Shown: piece by piece, positions 54,849 through 64,000 of the stretch
Layout: each line of letters opens with the position of its first letter
How positions within the stretch are numbered: the first letter of the stretch is position 1
NCBI GenBank assembly: GCA_013151735.1
Contig: JAADHR010000017.1
Span: forward strand, 30,138 to 94,137
Source: Calditrichota bacterium
Lineage (GTDB): Bacteria; Zhuqueibacterota; JdFR-76; BMS3Abin05
DNA length: 64,000 nt
Direction of reading: 5' to 3'
The notes under the pieces: generated by a model
Database searches by the model: none
What the model was told of the DNA's origin: nothing
The model's input: the letters and a program-made list of their open reading frames with translations, nothing else
Translations under genes and position numbers: made by a program

Positions 54849-57800
54849 GTGCCGGTTGGCTCTGCCGCTGAAAGGGGTTTTGTGCAAAATAGGGCAAAAG
54901 GAATGATTGAGAAGATTCCTCACACAAATGGCGAAACAAATTTAAGCAAAGATGTCTTATCTTCGTGGGACACCATTCTTCGAATCACCAACCTGGTGCA
55001 TCATGGTTTTTTTATGATTCAGGCAAAAAACCTGCGAATTTTGCAGGCAAATGCCTATTCTGCCAAGCTTACCGGATATCCTGTTCAAGAGCTTATCGGG
55101 AAAAGCCTTGAATCGCTTCATCTCTCGGATGAAATTCCTCTGATTCAGCTCGAAATTCAACGGCTGGAATTTGAGGGAAAAACAGAAATTGAAGGAATTC
55201 ACGTCTGCCAAAAAAATGGATTTCAAATTCCGGTGGACATCGTCTTTTCGCGTCTTCCCGGAACCGGAGAAGAGGGGCCGATTGATTATTTTTTGGCTGT
55301 TTATCGGGAAGCCGTTTCAGGGGGGTGGCAGGATGCGTATACCCGCCGAAATCAGGAATTAATTACCCTGATGGAAATGGGGCAAACCATGGCATCGGCT
55401 CTTGACCTTGAGGAAATAATCGATCTTTCGCTGATCAAGATCGGAACGATCAGCCACGCCGTTTACGCCTCTCTGTTCTTAAAAGCGACTGATGGAAATT
55501 CGGAGCTTTTTCGGGCTCAAAAAATTCCACCGGAAGAAATTGTTCTTTTCGATCAACCCTGGAAAGTGGGTCTGGAAGAAGGCCCGTACCGGGATGTTCT
55601 GGATTCAAAAGAAACCCTCATTGTGGAAAATGTTCTGGAAGAATCCCGTTACGAAAGGTGGCAGCCCATTGCTCAGCGGATTGGCTACAGTGCCACCATC
55701 TCTATTCCTCTCATCCCCAAAGACGATGCAATTGGTGTGCTGAGTTTGTATTACGAGTCACCCAGACAATTCCTCCAGGACGAAATCAATTTTTTAAAGA
55801 CGGCCGGAACGTACCTGGCCATTTCCATCGAAAATTCAAGGCTTTACAAACAATATCAGCAGAAAACAGATCAGATTGCAGCCCTCAATAAGATTATAAA
55901 CTCCGTTAATTCCTCTCTGGATGTGGAAGAGGTCATACGGATAATCGCACTTGAGGTGCAAAAGATTGTGGATTTTGATTTTATATCGATTATGCTTTTT
56001 CATGACAATACCGAGCATATTCAGTATTTTCCGCTGGGAACGGCCCCGCTTGCCAAACGGCTCGGCGATAAAAACTGGGTTCCTATTGAAAATTCAAATC
56101 TGGGATGGATCAATTTTTGGGGCGAAAGCCAGGAGGCAACGGACAGCGGTCTGGAATATGGCATCCACGACCGTCGCAGCCAGATTGAACGGGAGCTGCA
56201 TTCACAAATTCGGGCTCTGCTGATGTCAAAGGGGAAGTACATCGGCACCTTCAGTGTCGGCAAACTGGACAAAAATGCGTATTCCCCGGCTCACAAGCGT
56301 TTACTCAAACAAATTGCAAATCAGGTTTCCACCGCGATCGAAAATGCCCTTTTGTACCAGGAAGTTAAACGAAGCATGATGGAATATTCTGCCCTGGTCG
56401 ATGTGAGCAATTCCCTGGGACTCAGTTTGAATAGCAATGTAGTGGTCGATTCGATTGTGAAGGCTGCTGCCGTGGCCATGGGAGCAAAATTAAGTACCAT
56501 TTGGTTTGTCGGAAGTTCGGGTTCCGGAAGGAGTGTACCGGAGAACAATGTCTTTGATTTAATGCTGAAAACGCCTCTGGCAAAAAAGCTGAAACAGATG
56601 ATTGTTGAAAAAGAGCCCCTTTCCATCAGTGATCTTCATAAGGAGGGGTTTACCCCGCCGGAAATTTCGGACCATCCGTTAAGCGGCAATCTGAAGTCCT
56701 ATCTGGGTGTTCCGATTCTTTCGAATGGAGAAACAATTGCCATTTTAAGCGTTTACTGGGATCAATTCCATGAGATTGAATCCCGGGAAATTCGGCTGCT
56801 CAGTGCCATTGCCAGTCAGGCCACGATGGCTCTGGAGAATGCCAGACTTTTTGAGCGGGAGAGAAAGCGGTCGGCCCAGTTGGCAATGGTTAACGAGGTG
56901 GGCAAACGAATTGCATCTACCCTGAATTTGAATCATCTGCTGGATAATGTGGTTCGGGCGATTTACGAAATATTTCGTTACCGGAATGTTTCTATCTATC
57001 TCTCGGAAAATGCACATGAAAGACTGGTTCTGAAGTCCCAAAAGGGACAGCTTTCGGACATCCTGAAAATAGGCTCGGAAAACACGGAAACAGAAGGCCC
57101 CATCTGGAAGGCCTATCGAAGCGGACACACCGTTCTCATAAACAATCTGACCCGAAATGAGCGTATTGATGAAGGATATCCTGAAAGCGGTTCGCTGCTG
57201 AGCATTCCACTCAAAATTGCCGGCCGGCCCATGGGCGTATTGGCCCTGCTGGCGGGCGATCGAAATGCCTTTGACGAACGGGATGTGAATGCCTTTGAAG
57301 CGCTTTCGGGACAGCTTTCAAGCGCCATTCAGAATTCCCGGCTGTATGAGGAAACCCGTCAAAATACGGAAAAACTGAGCCGTGCCAATGAAGAACTGGA
57401 GGATTTTGTTTTTACGGTATCGCACGACTTGAAGGCACCCATCGTATCCATTAGCGGATTTACCACAATTCTGATGACGGAATACGGCGACCGGATTGAT
57501 GAAGAGGGCCATCACTATTTGGAACGCATTCAGGGTAACGTCAAACAAATGGAAAACCTGATTCGCGATTTGCTGGAACTCTCTCGGATCGGCCGGGTTG
57601 TGAATCCGTTTGAACGGGTTGCCATTGCCGATATCGTCAAAACAGCCATCGACGATCTTCTTTTGCAAATTAAACAAAAGAACGTAAATGTAATCGTTCA
57701 GGAAAAGATGCCGGAAGTGGTTTGCGATAAGGCCCGGATTCTGCAGGTATTCACAAACCTGATTAGTAATGCCGTGAAATACATCGGCAACACGCCCGAA

Positions 57801-58082
57801 CCCAAAATCGAAATCGGGTTCAAGGAGCTGGATGAATCGTATCAATTCTATGTAAAAGATAATGGAATTGGGATTGATCCGAAATATCACAAAAAAATAT
57901 TTGAATTATTTCATATGCTAAAAGAACTAAAAAGTGTTGAAGGAACAGGCGTTGGTTTAACCATTGTTCGGCGAATTGTGGAAAATCACAGGGGACGTGT
58001 TTGGGTGGAATCCGAAAAAGGAAAGGGTTCAACGTTTTATTTTACTTTGCCCAAAACACAGGGCGAGAAGACGTCTGATTGA
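54849..58082 (+). CDS. Multi-domain sensor histidine kinase (PAS, several GAF domains, HisKA, HATPase_c)
   Basis: GTG start with an AAAGGAG RBS. 1077 aa. H-box (FVFTVSHDLKAPIVSI) and a C-terminal ATPase (GTGVGLTIV). Confidence 0.85.
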   Translation: MPVGSAAERGFVQNRAKGMIEKIPHTNGETNLSKDVLSSWDTILRITNLVHHGFFMIQAKNLRILQANAYSAKLTGYPVQELIGKSLESLHLSDEIPLIQLEIQRLEFEGKTEIEGIHVCQKNGFQIPVDIVFSRLPGTGEEGPIDYFLAVYREAVSGGWQDAYTRRNQELITLMEMGQTMASALDLEEIIDLSLIKIGTISHAVYASLFLKATDGNSELFRAQKIPPEEIVLFDQPWKVGLEEGPYRDVLDSKETLIVENVLEESRYERWQPIAQRIGYSATISIPLIPKDDAIGVLSLYYESPRQFLQDEINFLKTAGTYLAISIENSRLYKQYQQKTDQIAALNKIINSVNSSLDVEEVIRIIALEVQKIVDFDFISIMLFHDNTEHIQYFPLGTAPLAKRLGDKNWVPIENSNLGWINFWGESQEATDSGLEYGIHDRRSQIERELHSQIRALLMSKGKYIGTFSVGKLDKNAYSPAHKRLLKQIANQVSTAIENALLYQEVKRSMMEYSALVDVSNSLGLSLNSNVVVDSIVKAAAVAMGAKLSTIWFVGSSGSGRSVPENNVFDLMLKTPLAKKLKQMIVEKEPLSISDLHKEGFTPPEISDHPLSGNLKSYLGVPILSNGETIAILSVYWDQFHEIESREIRLLSAIASQATMALENARLFERERKRSAQLAMVNEVGKRIASTLNLNHLLDNVVRAIYEIFRYRNVSIYLSENAHERLVLKSQKGQLSDILKIGSENTETEGPIWKAYRSGHTVLINNLTRNERIDEGYPESGSLLSIPLKIAGRPMGVLALLAGDRNAFDERDVNAFEALSGQLSSAIQNSRLYEETRQNTEKLSRANEELEDFVFTVSHDLKAPIVSISGFTTILMTEYGDRIDEEGHHYLERIQGNVKQMENLIRDLLELSRIGRVVNPFERVAIADIVKTAIDDLLLQIKQKNVNVIVQEKMPEVVCDKARILQVFTNLISNAVKYIGNTPEPKIEIGFKELDESYQFYVKDNGIGIDPKYHKKIFELFHMLKELKSVEGTGVGLTIVRRIVENHRGRVWVESEKGKGSTFYFTLPKTQGEKTSD

Positions 58083-58385
58083 AAACACGCGCCAGGGCGT
58101 GCACTCTTTAACTCCCTGTAACGCAATGAGGGCTTTTCGTCGTCCGCCGGTGGGCGGATTCCTTACAATGGCAGAAAGGCAATTGTGTTACGTGAGAATC
58201 GCCCGGCGCAGGTGTGTTCTCTTTTGAATACGGACGAAAGATTTCGGGAAAACAGTCTCATATTCGGAACGGATTCCGAACTAAAAAGCAAGGCGAGGGG
58301 AAAAATACGAATCCCTTGGGAGGAATCGCAACGGGCCGGGGACTGGGATGAAGCGAGTGTGCGAGGATAAATTAAAGGGAAAGCA

Positions 58386-58859
58386 ATGGATGATCTGTTA
58401 AAAGGGATACGTATGTCTCAGCCGTCTGTTTTGCTGGTCGAGGACAATCCGGATCACGCGGAAATTATTACCCGTGTACTGCATAAGATGATGAAGACGA
58501 TTCAAGTTTTCCATGCTTCAGATGGACAACAGGCTCTGGACATGCTCGGTCTGGGCCGAGAGACAAAGCCTTCCGCCACAATTCCCATCCCAAAACTGAT
58601 CCTGTTAGACATTCGTCTGCCTAAGCTCGATGGTACCGAAGTGCTTAAGGCAATTAAGGCCTCCCGCATCCTGAAAAAAATTCCTGTTATTGTCCTGACC
58701 ACTTCTGAACGAAAAGAAGAGGTCAAAAAAATGTACGCATTGGGTGCAAACAGCTATATTGTAAAACCCGGCAAATTTGAAGATTTTATGGGACAACTCA
58801 AAAAACTTCATGCGTATTTGGAGGACTATTCAATTCTAAAAGATTCAAAGGTTTCATAA
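58386..58859 (+). CDS. Single-domain response regulator
   Basis: VLLVEDNPDH...LILLDIRLPKLDG...YIVKP are receiver motifs. Confidence 0.8.
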   Translation: MDDLLKGIRMSQPSVLLVEDNPDHAEIITRVLHKMMKTIQVFHASDGQQALDMLGLGRETKPSATIPIPKLILLDIRLPKLDGTEVLKAIKASRILKKIPVIVLTTSERKEEVKKMYALGANSYIVKPGKFEDFMGQLKKLHAYLEDYSILKDSKVS

Positions 58860-58873
58860 AAAGGATCGTATCG

Positions 58874-60706
58874 ATGTCTGAGAGAATTCTTGTGGTCGAA
58901 GATTATCCGGATCAGATCGAATTAATCGACAGGGCATTTCGCGCCCAAAAATCCTTTGGTTTTGATGTGGAATTTACGTCAACCGGAGAAGACTGTATTC
59001 GGAAATTTACGGAAAGCACCTACGATGCCCTTCTGTTGGATTACAAGTTGCCGGATTATTCCGGTCTGGAAGTGCTGCAAATTCTAAAGAACATGGGCGT
59101 ATCCGTTCCGGTTATTATCATTACGGGACAGGGAGATGAACGTGTGGCCGTTCAGGCCATGAAAGAAGGCGCAGCCGATTATATTGTTAAAGATGTTGGG
59201 TATATGAAAACGCTCCCCAAAATCGTGAAAAATACAATCAATACCTACCGCCTTCGAGAGAAACTGCACGAAAAAGAGGAGTTTTTGGAAAAACTGGTTG
59301 ACAATGTCGATGATATCATTTTCTCAATTGATATGGACTACCGGTTTACATTCGTTAACCAGACCATTCGAGATCTCGGATATGATCCGGATGAGTTTAT
59401 CGGAAAATCGTTTCTGACACTGCTGCCCGAGTTTACCGATACGCAAAAGGTCAATGAAATTCTTCAAAATCCGGTTGAAAAAAACTACGAATTGCAGTTT
59501 AAAACGAAAAACGGCTCCATTCAGTACATGCTGATTTCCTTTTCTCATTTGACCGATAAAAAGGGAAAACTCATTTTGGGAATCGCAAAAAATATTACAG
59601 AGAAGAAAAAATTAGAGGAGATGATTCAGGAAAGTAAGAATAAACTCCAGACCCTTTTTGACAGCATTACCGATTATATCACGGTAGTTGACAAAAACTA
59701 TGGAATTGTGATGGCAAACTGGATGGTAGCCAAAAAGGTGGGGGAAACGCCCGAAAACATCATTGGACGAAAATGTTATGAGGTGTATTCTGAAGATAGA
59801 GAACCCTGTTTGAATTGTGTGCTTCAAAAAACCATGAAATCCAATAAAGCGGAGTTCATGGAAAAACGAATGGGGGACAAGGTGTTCCAATTCTGGAGTT
59901 ACCCCATGCTGGATCTAAAAGGCCGGCTCAAATATGTGATTGAATATGTGAAGGACGTTACAGAGCAAAAGAATCTGGAAAAGAAGCTCATTCAATCGGA
60001 AAAACTGGCCACAATCGGATTGCTGGCTTCCGGTGTGGCCCACGAGTTGCGGAATCCCCTGAATATTATTGAAACGGCGCGCTATTATTTAAGTGAAATT
60101 TTACCCGAAGAAAACGATGATGCCCAGAATAAACTCATGATTATCAAAAAAAGTGTTACGCGCGCCTCCAATATTATCAATAATCTACTGGAATTTTCAC
60201 GTCATTCCGGTAAAGATAAGGAAAAGATTGATGTCAACCTTTTAATTGACCGGACGTTGTCTTTGATCGAAAAAGATCTTTATGCGAACAATATTTCGGT
60301 TGTCAAAAGCTATCAGAAAATTCCGCAGGCCTATTTTAACAGCGATTCCTTAAAGCAGGTTTTTTTGAATATTATCATCAATGCCATTCAGGCCATGCCC
60401 GGGGGAGGACAGCTTTTTATTGAAACCAGTGCGACGGGGGATGACAAGCTGAGGATCACTTTCACCGACACGGGGCAGGGGATTCCCGATGAAAATATGT
60501 CACACATTTTTACGCCATTTTTCACCACCAAGGAGGTCGGAAAAGGCACCGGGCTCGGCATGTATGTTTCGCATTCAATTATTCAGCGTGAAGGCGGTGA
60601 AATATCGGTAAAAAGTCGATTGGGAGAAGGAACCACATTTATAATTGAATTACCCATTGCGGAAAAGATGCTGATCCGCGAAAAATCAGTAGGAGCGGGC
60701 CAATGA
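58874..60706 (+). CDS. Hybrid sensor kinase: N-terminal receiver + 2 PAS + HisKA + HATPase_c
   Basis: ILVVEDYPDQ...LLDYKLPDYSG receiver. H-box (LASGVAHELRNPL) and a G-box (GTGLGMYVS). Confidence 0.85.
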   Translation: MSERILVVEDYPDQIELIDRAFRAQKSFGFDVEFTSTGEDCIRKFTESTYDALLLDYKLPDYSGLEVLQILKNMGVSVPVIIITGQGDERVAVQAMKEGAADYIVKDVGYMKTLPKIVKNTINTYRLREKLHEKEEFLEKLVDNVDDIIFSIDMDYRFTFVNQTIRDLGYDPDEFIGKSFLTLLPEFTDTQKVNEILQNPVEKNYELQFKTKNGSIQYMLISFSHLTDKKGKLILGIAKNITEKKKLEEMIQESKNKLQTLFDSITDYITVVDKNYGIVMANWMVAKKVGETPENIIGRKCYEVYSEDREPCLNCVLQKTMKSNKAEFMEKRMGDKVFQFWSYPMLDLKGRLKYVIEYVKDVTEQKNLEKKLIQSEKLATIGLLASGVAHELRNPLNIIETARYYLSEILPEENDDAQNKLMIIKKSVTRASNIINNLLEFSRHSGKDKEKIDVNLLIDRTLSLIEKDLYANNISVVKSYQKIPQAYFNSDSLKQVFLNIIINAIQAMPGGGQLFIETSATGDDKLRITFTDTGQGIPDENMSHIFTPFFTTKEVGKGTGLGMYVSHSIIQREGGEISVKSRLGEGTTFIIELPIAEKMLIREKSVGAGQ

Positions 60707-61113
60707 AGGATCGCTATGATGTGCTGGTTGTCGATGACGAAATGGATATTCTTCAGCTGTTGGAGATTCTCTTGACCCGGAAGGGATTCAAGGTGAAAAC
60801 AGCAGAAAACGGCATGGATGCCCTGATGAAATTAAATCAATATGACTTTAATGTGCTCTTAACGGATATTAAAATGCCGGCCATGGACGGGATGCGCCTT
60901 ATTGAGGTAGCCAGGCGCGATTTCCCGGACGTTCAAATTCTGGTTTTTACCGGATTCGGTTCAATGGACACCGAAAGGAAAGTGTTACAAATGGGGGCCA
61001 GCAAATATTTTATGAAACCCCTTCCTATGGAAGACCTGCTAAAAGAGCTGAAAGATGCCTGCAAATTAAAAGAGAAAAACACACCCTCCGATCAAAATTT
61101 AATGGGTAATTGA
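60703..61113 (+). CDS. Single-domain response regulator
   Basis: ATGA overlap with the upstream kinase gene. VLVVDDEMD...LLTDIKMPAMDG are receiver motifs. Confidence 0.8.
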   Translation: MKDRYDVLVVDDEMDILQLLEILLTRKGFKVKTAENGMDALMKLNQYDFNVLLTDIKMPAMDGMRLIEVARRDFPDVQILVFTGFGSMDTERKVLQMGASKYFMKPLPMEDLLKELKDACKLKEKNTPSDQNLMGN

Positions 61114-61198
61114 AATTTTTAATTGACAATATTCATTAAAATTATTACATTTATTATCAAGTCAAAAATGAGTAAATCTAAAATGCAGGTATCACCGA

Positions 61199-62185
61199 GT
61201 GGCTGAAATTGCAGAAATTCAAGAAATAAAATCGCCTGTTGCTCAAGAGCTGCAGGCTTTTGAGGAAGAGTTTTTAAAAGCATTAAGAACAGATGTTGAT
61301 CTTATAAACAGCGTTATTTCCTACCTGGCGGCACACAAGGGAAAACGGCTTCGTCCCCTATTAATTTTTTTGATTTCCAATTTGGAGGGCGGCAGCACCC
61401 GAAAATCCATCGAATCAGCTGTTATTGTGGAACTTATTCATACAGCCACCCTGATTCATGATGACATTGTTGATGAAGCAGATATTAGAAGAGGGGGGGC
61501 AAGCGTAAATGCCCTGTGGAATAATCAGGTTTCCGTTTTGGTTGGAGATTTTTTATTCTCCCAGGCATTGCATAAAATGGTGGAGCTGAATGACAGGGAC
61601 ATTAACGGAGTGATCTCGAAGGTTACCATCCAGATGAGCGAGGGGGAGCTGCTTCAAATCGAGCGTGCACAGGGGTATGAGCTGGATGAATCCACCTATT
61701 TCCGAATGATTTCCAATAAGACAGCATCGCTCATTTCCGCATCCTGCCAGCTTGGGGCCCTCACCTCTTCGGGGAAGGAGGCTTATCCGATCAAAAGATT
61801 CTGGGATTTTGGCGAATATCTCGGACGGGCCTTTCAGATTCAGGATGATCTTCTGGATTATCTGGGCAATGAAGAAATTGTCGGAAAGCCGGTTGGAAAT
61901 GATTTGAAGGAGAGCAAAATCACACTGCCTCTTTTATATGCACTGAATCATTCCAAAAACGGAAAGGGTGAAATCATTAAAAAGCTCCTGGAAAAAGGAG
62001 ATGCGGGCGATAATTTTGACGAAATACGCGATTTTGTGATTCAGAACGGGGGGGTCGATTATTCGCGGGCGAAGGCCGCCGGTTACATTCAAAAAGCGCT
62101 CTCACTTTTGGACCCCTTTAAACCCAGCCCCTACAAAGATGCACTCGTTCAGTTGGTGGAGTTTGCAGCCAATCGTGAAAAATAA
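61199..62185 (+). CDS. Polyprenyl diphosphate synthase (IspB-like, trans-isoprenyl diphosphate synthase)
   Basis: GTG start. First (LIHDDIVDEADIRRG) and second (FQIQDDLLD) aspartate-rich motifs. Confidence 0.85.
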   Translation: MAEIAEIQEIKSPVAQELQAFEEEFLKALRTDVDLINSVISYLAAHKGKRLRPLLIFLISNLEGGSTRKSIESAVIVELIHTATLIHDDIVDEADIRRGGASVNALWNNQVSVLVGDFLFSQALHKMVELNDRDINGVISKVTIQMSEGELLQIERAQGYELDESTYFRMISNKTASLISASCQLGALTSSGKEAYPIKRFWDFGEYLGRAFQIQDDLLDYLGNEEIVGKPVGNDLKESKITLPLLYALNHSKNGKGEIIKKLLEKGDAGDNFDEIRDFVIQNGGVDYSRAKAAGYIQKALSLLDPFKPSPYKDALVQLVEFAANREK

Positions 62186-63206
62186 ACGGTTCATTTTTCT
62201 TTTACTCGTTGTTATTTTTCTCTCCTCTTGTTCTCGGAAACAGCCGTTCCCGTACTTTAAGAAAACACAGCTCATGATGGGGACGTTTGTAACCATTTCT
62301 GTCTACGATCAGAACAAATCAGAAAAAGCGATTGAAGAAGCTGTGAATCGTGCGTTTCAGCGTATTCACGAACTGGAAGAGGAAACATCCAGTTTTATTC
62401 CCAATAATGCCATCTGGAAATTGAATCATTCTTCCGGGAAACATCCGGTTGAAGCCGATTCAAATCTGGTTCGTCTGTTTCAGGAAGCGGAAAGAATCTC
62501 CGACTGGACAGACGGCGGGTTTGATGTGACGGTTGGTCCCTTGCGGCGGCTCTGGAATTTTGATTCCACCCGAACGACCCTGCCGGATTCCGGGGCCATT
62601 GCCCGGCTGGTGCCGTTGGTTGATTACCGAAATATGGATATGACAGCCCATTCCCTCTATTTAAAAAAAAGCAGAATGCAGGTGGATCTGGGCGGCATTG
62701 CCAAAGGCTTTGCCGTGGATGAGGGAATGGATGTGCTCAGGTCATTTCAGGTGACCGATGCCATGGTGGATGCCGGCGGGGATTTCAGTGCCATTGCCAG
62801 TTCGTTAACGGCCGGGAAGCGGAAGGTCTGGATTCGACATCCGAGAAAATTGGATGCCTTTTTCGGCTGGTTTCCGATGGATTCCGGATGTGTGGCCACG
62901 TCGGGTGATTATGAGCAGTATTTCATCATAAAGGGTGTTCGATACCATCATATTCTGGATCCCAAGACCGGCTGGCCTGCACGGAAATGTGTTAGTGTGA
63001 CCATTGTAGCCCCCACCACGATGGAGGCCGATGCCCTCGCTACCGGGATTTTTGTTCTGGGTCCTCAGGCCGGAATGAAGGTGATTGAAGCGCATCCGGG
63101 GATTGAGGGGGTTATTTTATTTCAAAAAAATGCCCGTGAGCTGGGATATCTTGTTTCATCGGGACTTCAGAAAAAGCTGACGGTTGTCGACACATCTATT
63201 GAATAG
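62175..63206 (+). CDS. apbE: FAD:protein FMN transferase (ApbE), lipoprotein
   Basis: GTG start overlapping the polyprenyl synthase gene. LSSC lipobox. ApbE family pattern ([11 protein letters not shown]; GDYEQYF). Confidence 0.75.
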   Translation: MKNKRFIFLLLVVIFLSSCSRKQPFPYFKKTQLMMGTFVTISVYDQNKSEKAIEEAVNRAFQRIHELEEETSSFIPNNAIWKLNHSSGKHPVEADSNLVRLFQEAERISDWTDGGFDVTVGPLRRLWNFDSTRTTLPDSGAIARLVPLVDYRNMDMTAHSLYLKKSRMQVDLGGIAKGFAVDEGMDVLRSFQVTDAMVDAGGDFSAIASSLTAGKRKVWIRHPRKLDAFFGWFPMDSGCVATSGDYEQYFIIKGVRYHHILDPKTGWPARKCVSVTIVAPTTMEADALATGIFVLGPQAGMKVIEAHPGIEGVILFQKNARELGYLVSSGLQKKLTVVDTSIE

Positions 63207-63349
63207 GGTCTGAACATAATCCAGTTGGAAGGCGCGGGCGTAAAGAGCCCCGCGGGTGCGTAGTGTTTGGGTGCCGTAGCCTTCCGGCAGAAAATAGAAA
63301 CCCATTGATTTTTACTCAGGGAACCCATTTTTCTAACAAGGAGGCAAAA

Positions 63350-64000
63350 ATGCCGCGGACATTGGTTACCGGCGGAGCCGGGTTTTTGGGATCGCATCTG
63401 TGCGAATATTTGCTTAAAAAAGGACACGACGTGATTGCGATGGACAATCTGGCAACGGGCAATATTGAAAATATTGAACATCTGCAAAGTGAAAATTTTA
63501 AATTCATTAAATACGATGTAACCGAATATATTTACGTAGCCGGCAAGATTGACTATATATTGCACTTTGCCTCCCCGGCCAGCCCAATCGATTATTTGAA
63601 AATGCCCATCCAGACCCTAAAAGTGGGCTCTCTTGGAACGCACAAGGCCCTGGGACTGGCCAAAGAAAAAAATGCCACCTTTTTGCTGGCATCGACCTCC
63701 GAGGTTTATGGCGATCCGCTAATTCATCCGCAAAAAGAAAGCTATTGGGGAAATGTGAATCCGGTAGGGCCGCGGGGCGTGTACGATGAGGCCAAACGAT
63801 TTGCCGAAGCCCTGACGATGGCCTATCACCGCTACCACGGCGTGGATACGAAAATTGTACGAATCTTTAATACGTACGGGCCGCGGATGCGCCTGGGAGA
63901 CGGCCGCGCCATCCCCACGTTTATCCCGCAAGCCCTGATGAATAAACCGGTTTCCGTTTTTGGAGATGGGTCTCAAACCCGAAGCTTTACCTACGTGAAT
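63350..64000 (+). CDS. UDP-glucuronate decarboxylase / NAD-dependent sugar-nucleotide dehydratase (UXS-like), 5' partial that runs off the window
   Basis: [21 protein letters not shown] Rossmann motif, YDEAKR catalytic motif. No stop codon before the window end. Confidence 0.85.
   Translation, partial: MPRTLVTGGAGFLGSHLCEYLLKKGHDVIAMDNLATGNIENIEHLQSENFKFIKYDVTEYIYVAGKIDYILHFASPASPIDYLKMPIQTLKVGSLGTHKALGLAKEKNATFLLASTSEVYGDPLIHPQKESYWGNVNPVGPRGVYDEAKRFAEALTMAYHRYHGVDTKIVRIFNTYGPRMRLGDGRAIPTFIPQALMNKPVSVFGDGSQTRSFTYVN

Noticed and set aside
58083-58385. 300-bp gap after the 1077-aa kinase gene with small GC hairpins (CACGCGCC/GGCGTG; CCGCC-ggtg-GGCGG)
   Set aside because: The stems are short, there is no T-run, and there is no convincing ORF or RNA motif. 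Probably just the promoter region of the downstream regulator gene.
1-64000. CRISPR array or cas operon that would partner the RAMP/Cas6-like protein
   Set aside because: Visual scan of all intergenic regions found no regularly spaced direct repeats. No Cas1/Cas2/Cas10-like ORFs are in the track.
1-64000. Mobile elements, prophage or integrative islands
   Set aside because: No transposase, integrase, recombinase or phage structural genes. No tRNA genes or flanking direct repeats were seen.

Overview
This is a roughly 64 kb chromosomal segment at about 47% GC, densely coding and mostly on the + strand. I support about 57 protein-coding genes. I found no rRNA or tRNA genes, no CRISPR array, and no transposase, integrase or phage genes.

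Gene content in order:
(1) A family-1 sugar ABC uptake system (substrate-binding protein plus two permeases, no ATPase) in an operon with otsB, an MscS-family channel and otsA, which reads as an osmoadaptation module.
(2) A 1062-aa secreted protein with a tripled ~249-aa module (DUF11-type repeats) and a type-IX-secretion-like C-terminal sorting domain, followed 1 bp later by an 865-aa outer-membrane protein that fuses a PorV/FadL-like beta-barrel to two OmpA domains.
(3) Housekeeping genes: an aldo-keto reductase, a DUF2207 membrane protein, gpsA, glpK, a TrkH/KtrB K+ transporter preceded by a stand-alone HAMP sensor, an enoyl-CoA hydratase, a short-chain dehydrogenase, a Ca2+/Na+ antiporter, a MoxR ATPase with a DUF58 protein, and rlmN.
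(4) An orphan RAMP/Cas6-like protein downstream of rlmN.
(5) A minus-strand operon: STAS protein, a membrane protein with a degenerate GGDEF domain, and a TPR-like protein, next to an NhaD/ArsB permease.
(6) A cluster of an Fe-S Rrf2 regulator, a NapH-like polyferredoxin, a DUF1858/DUF2249x2/binding-protein fusion and two membrane proteins. It looks like a redox or nitric-oxide stress module.
(7) A large signalling island: four GAF/PAS-rich histidine kinases, one sigma-54 (NtrC-type) activator and five receiver proteins.
(8) A lytic transglycosylase, tatC, and a cluster of nucleotide/RNA phosphohydrolases (dcd, a PHP RNase AM-like protein, an MBL hydrolase, an HD protein, nrnA).
(9) A polyprenyl synthase, apbE, and the 5' end of a UDP-glucuronate decarboxylase-like gene.

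The type-IX-style sorting domain together with the heavy sigma-54/GAF-PAS signalling suggests a bacterium of the Fibrobacteres-Chlorobi-Bacteroidetes group. That lineage call is inference only. Every call rests on reading the translated ORFs and the DNA by eye, with no database search. All domain names are recognition-level and unconfirmed.
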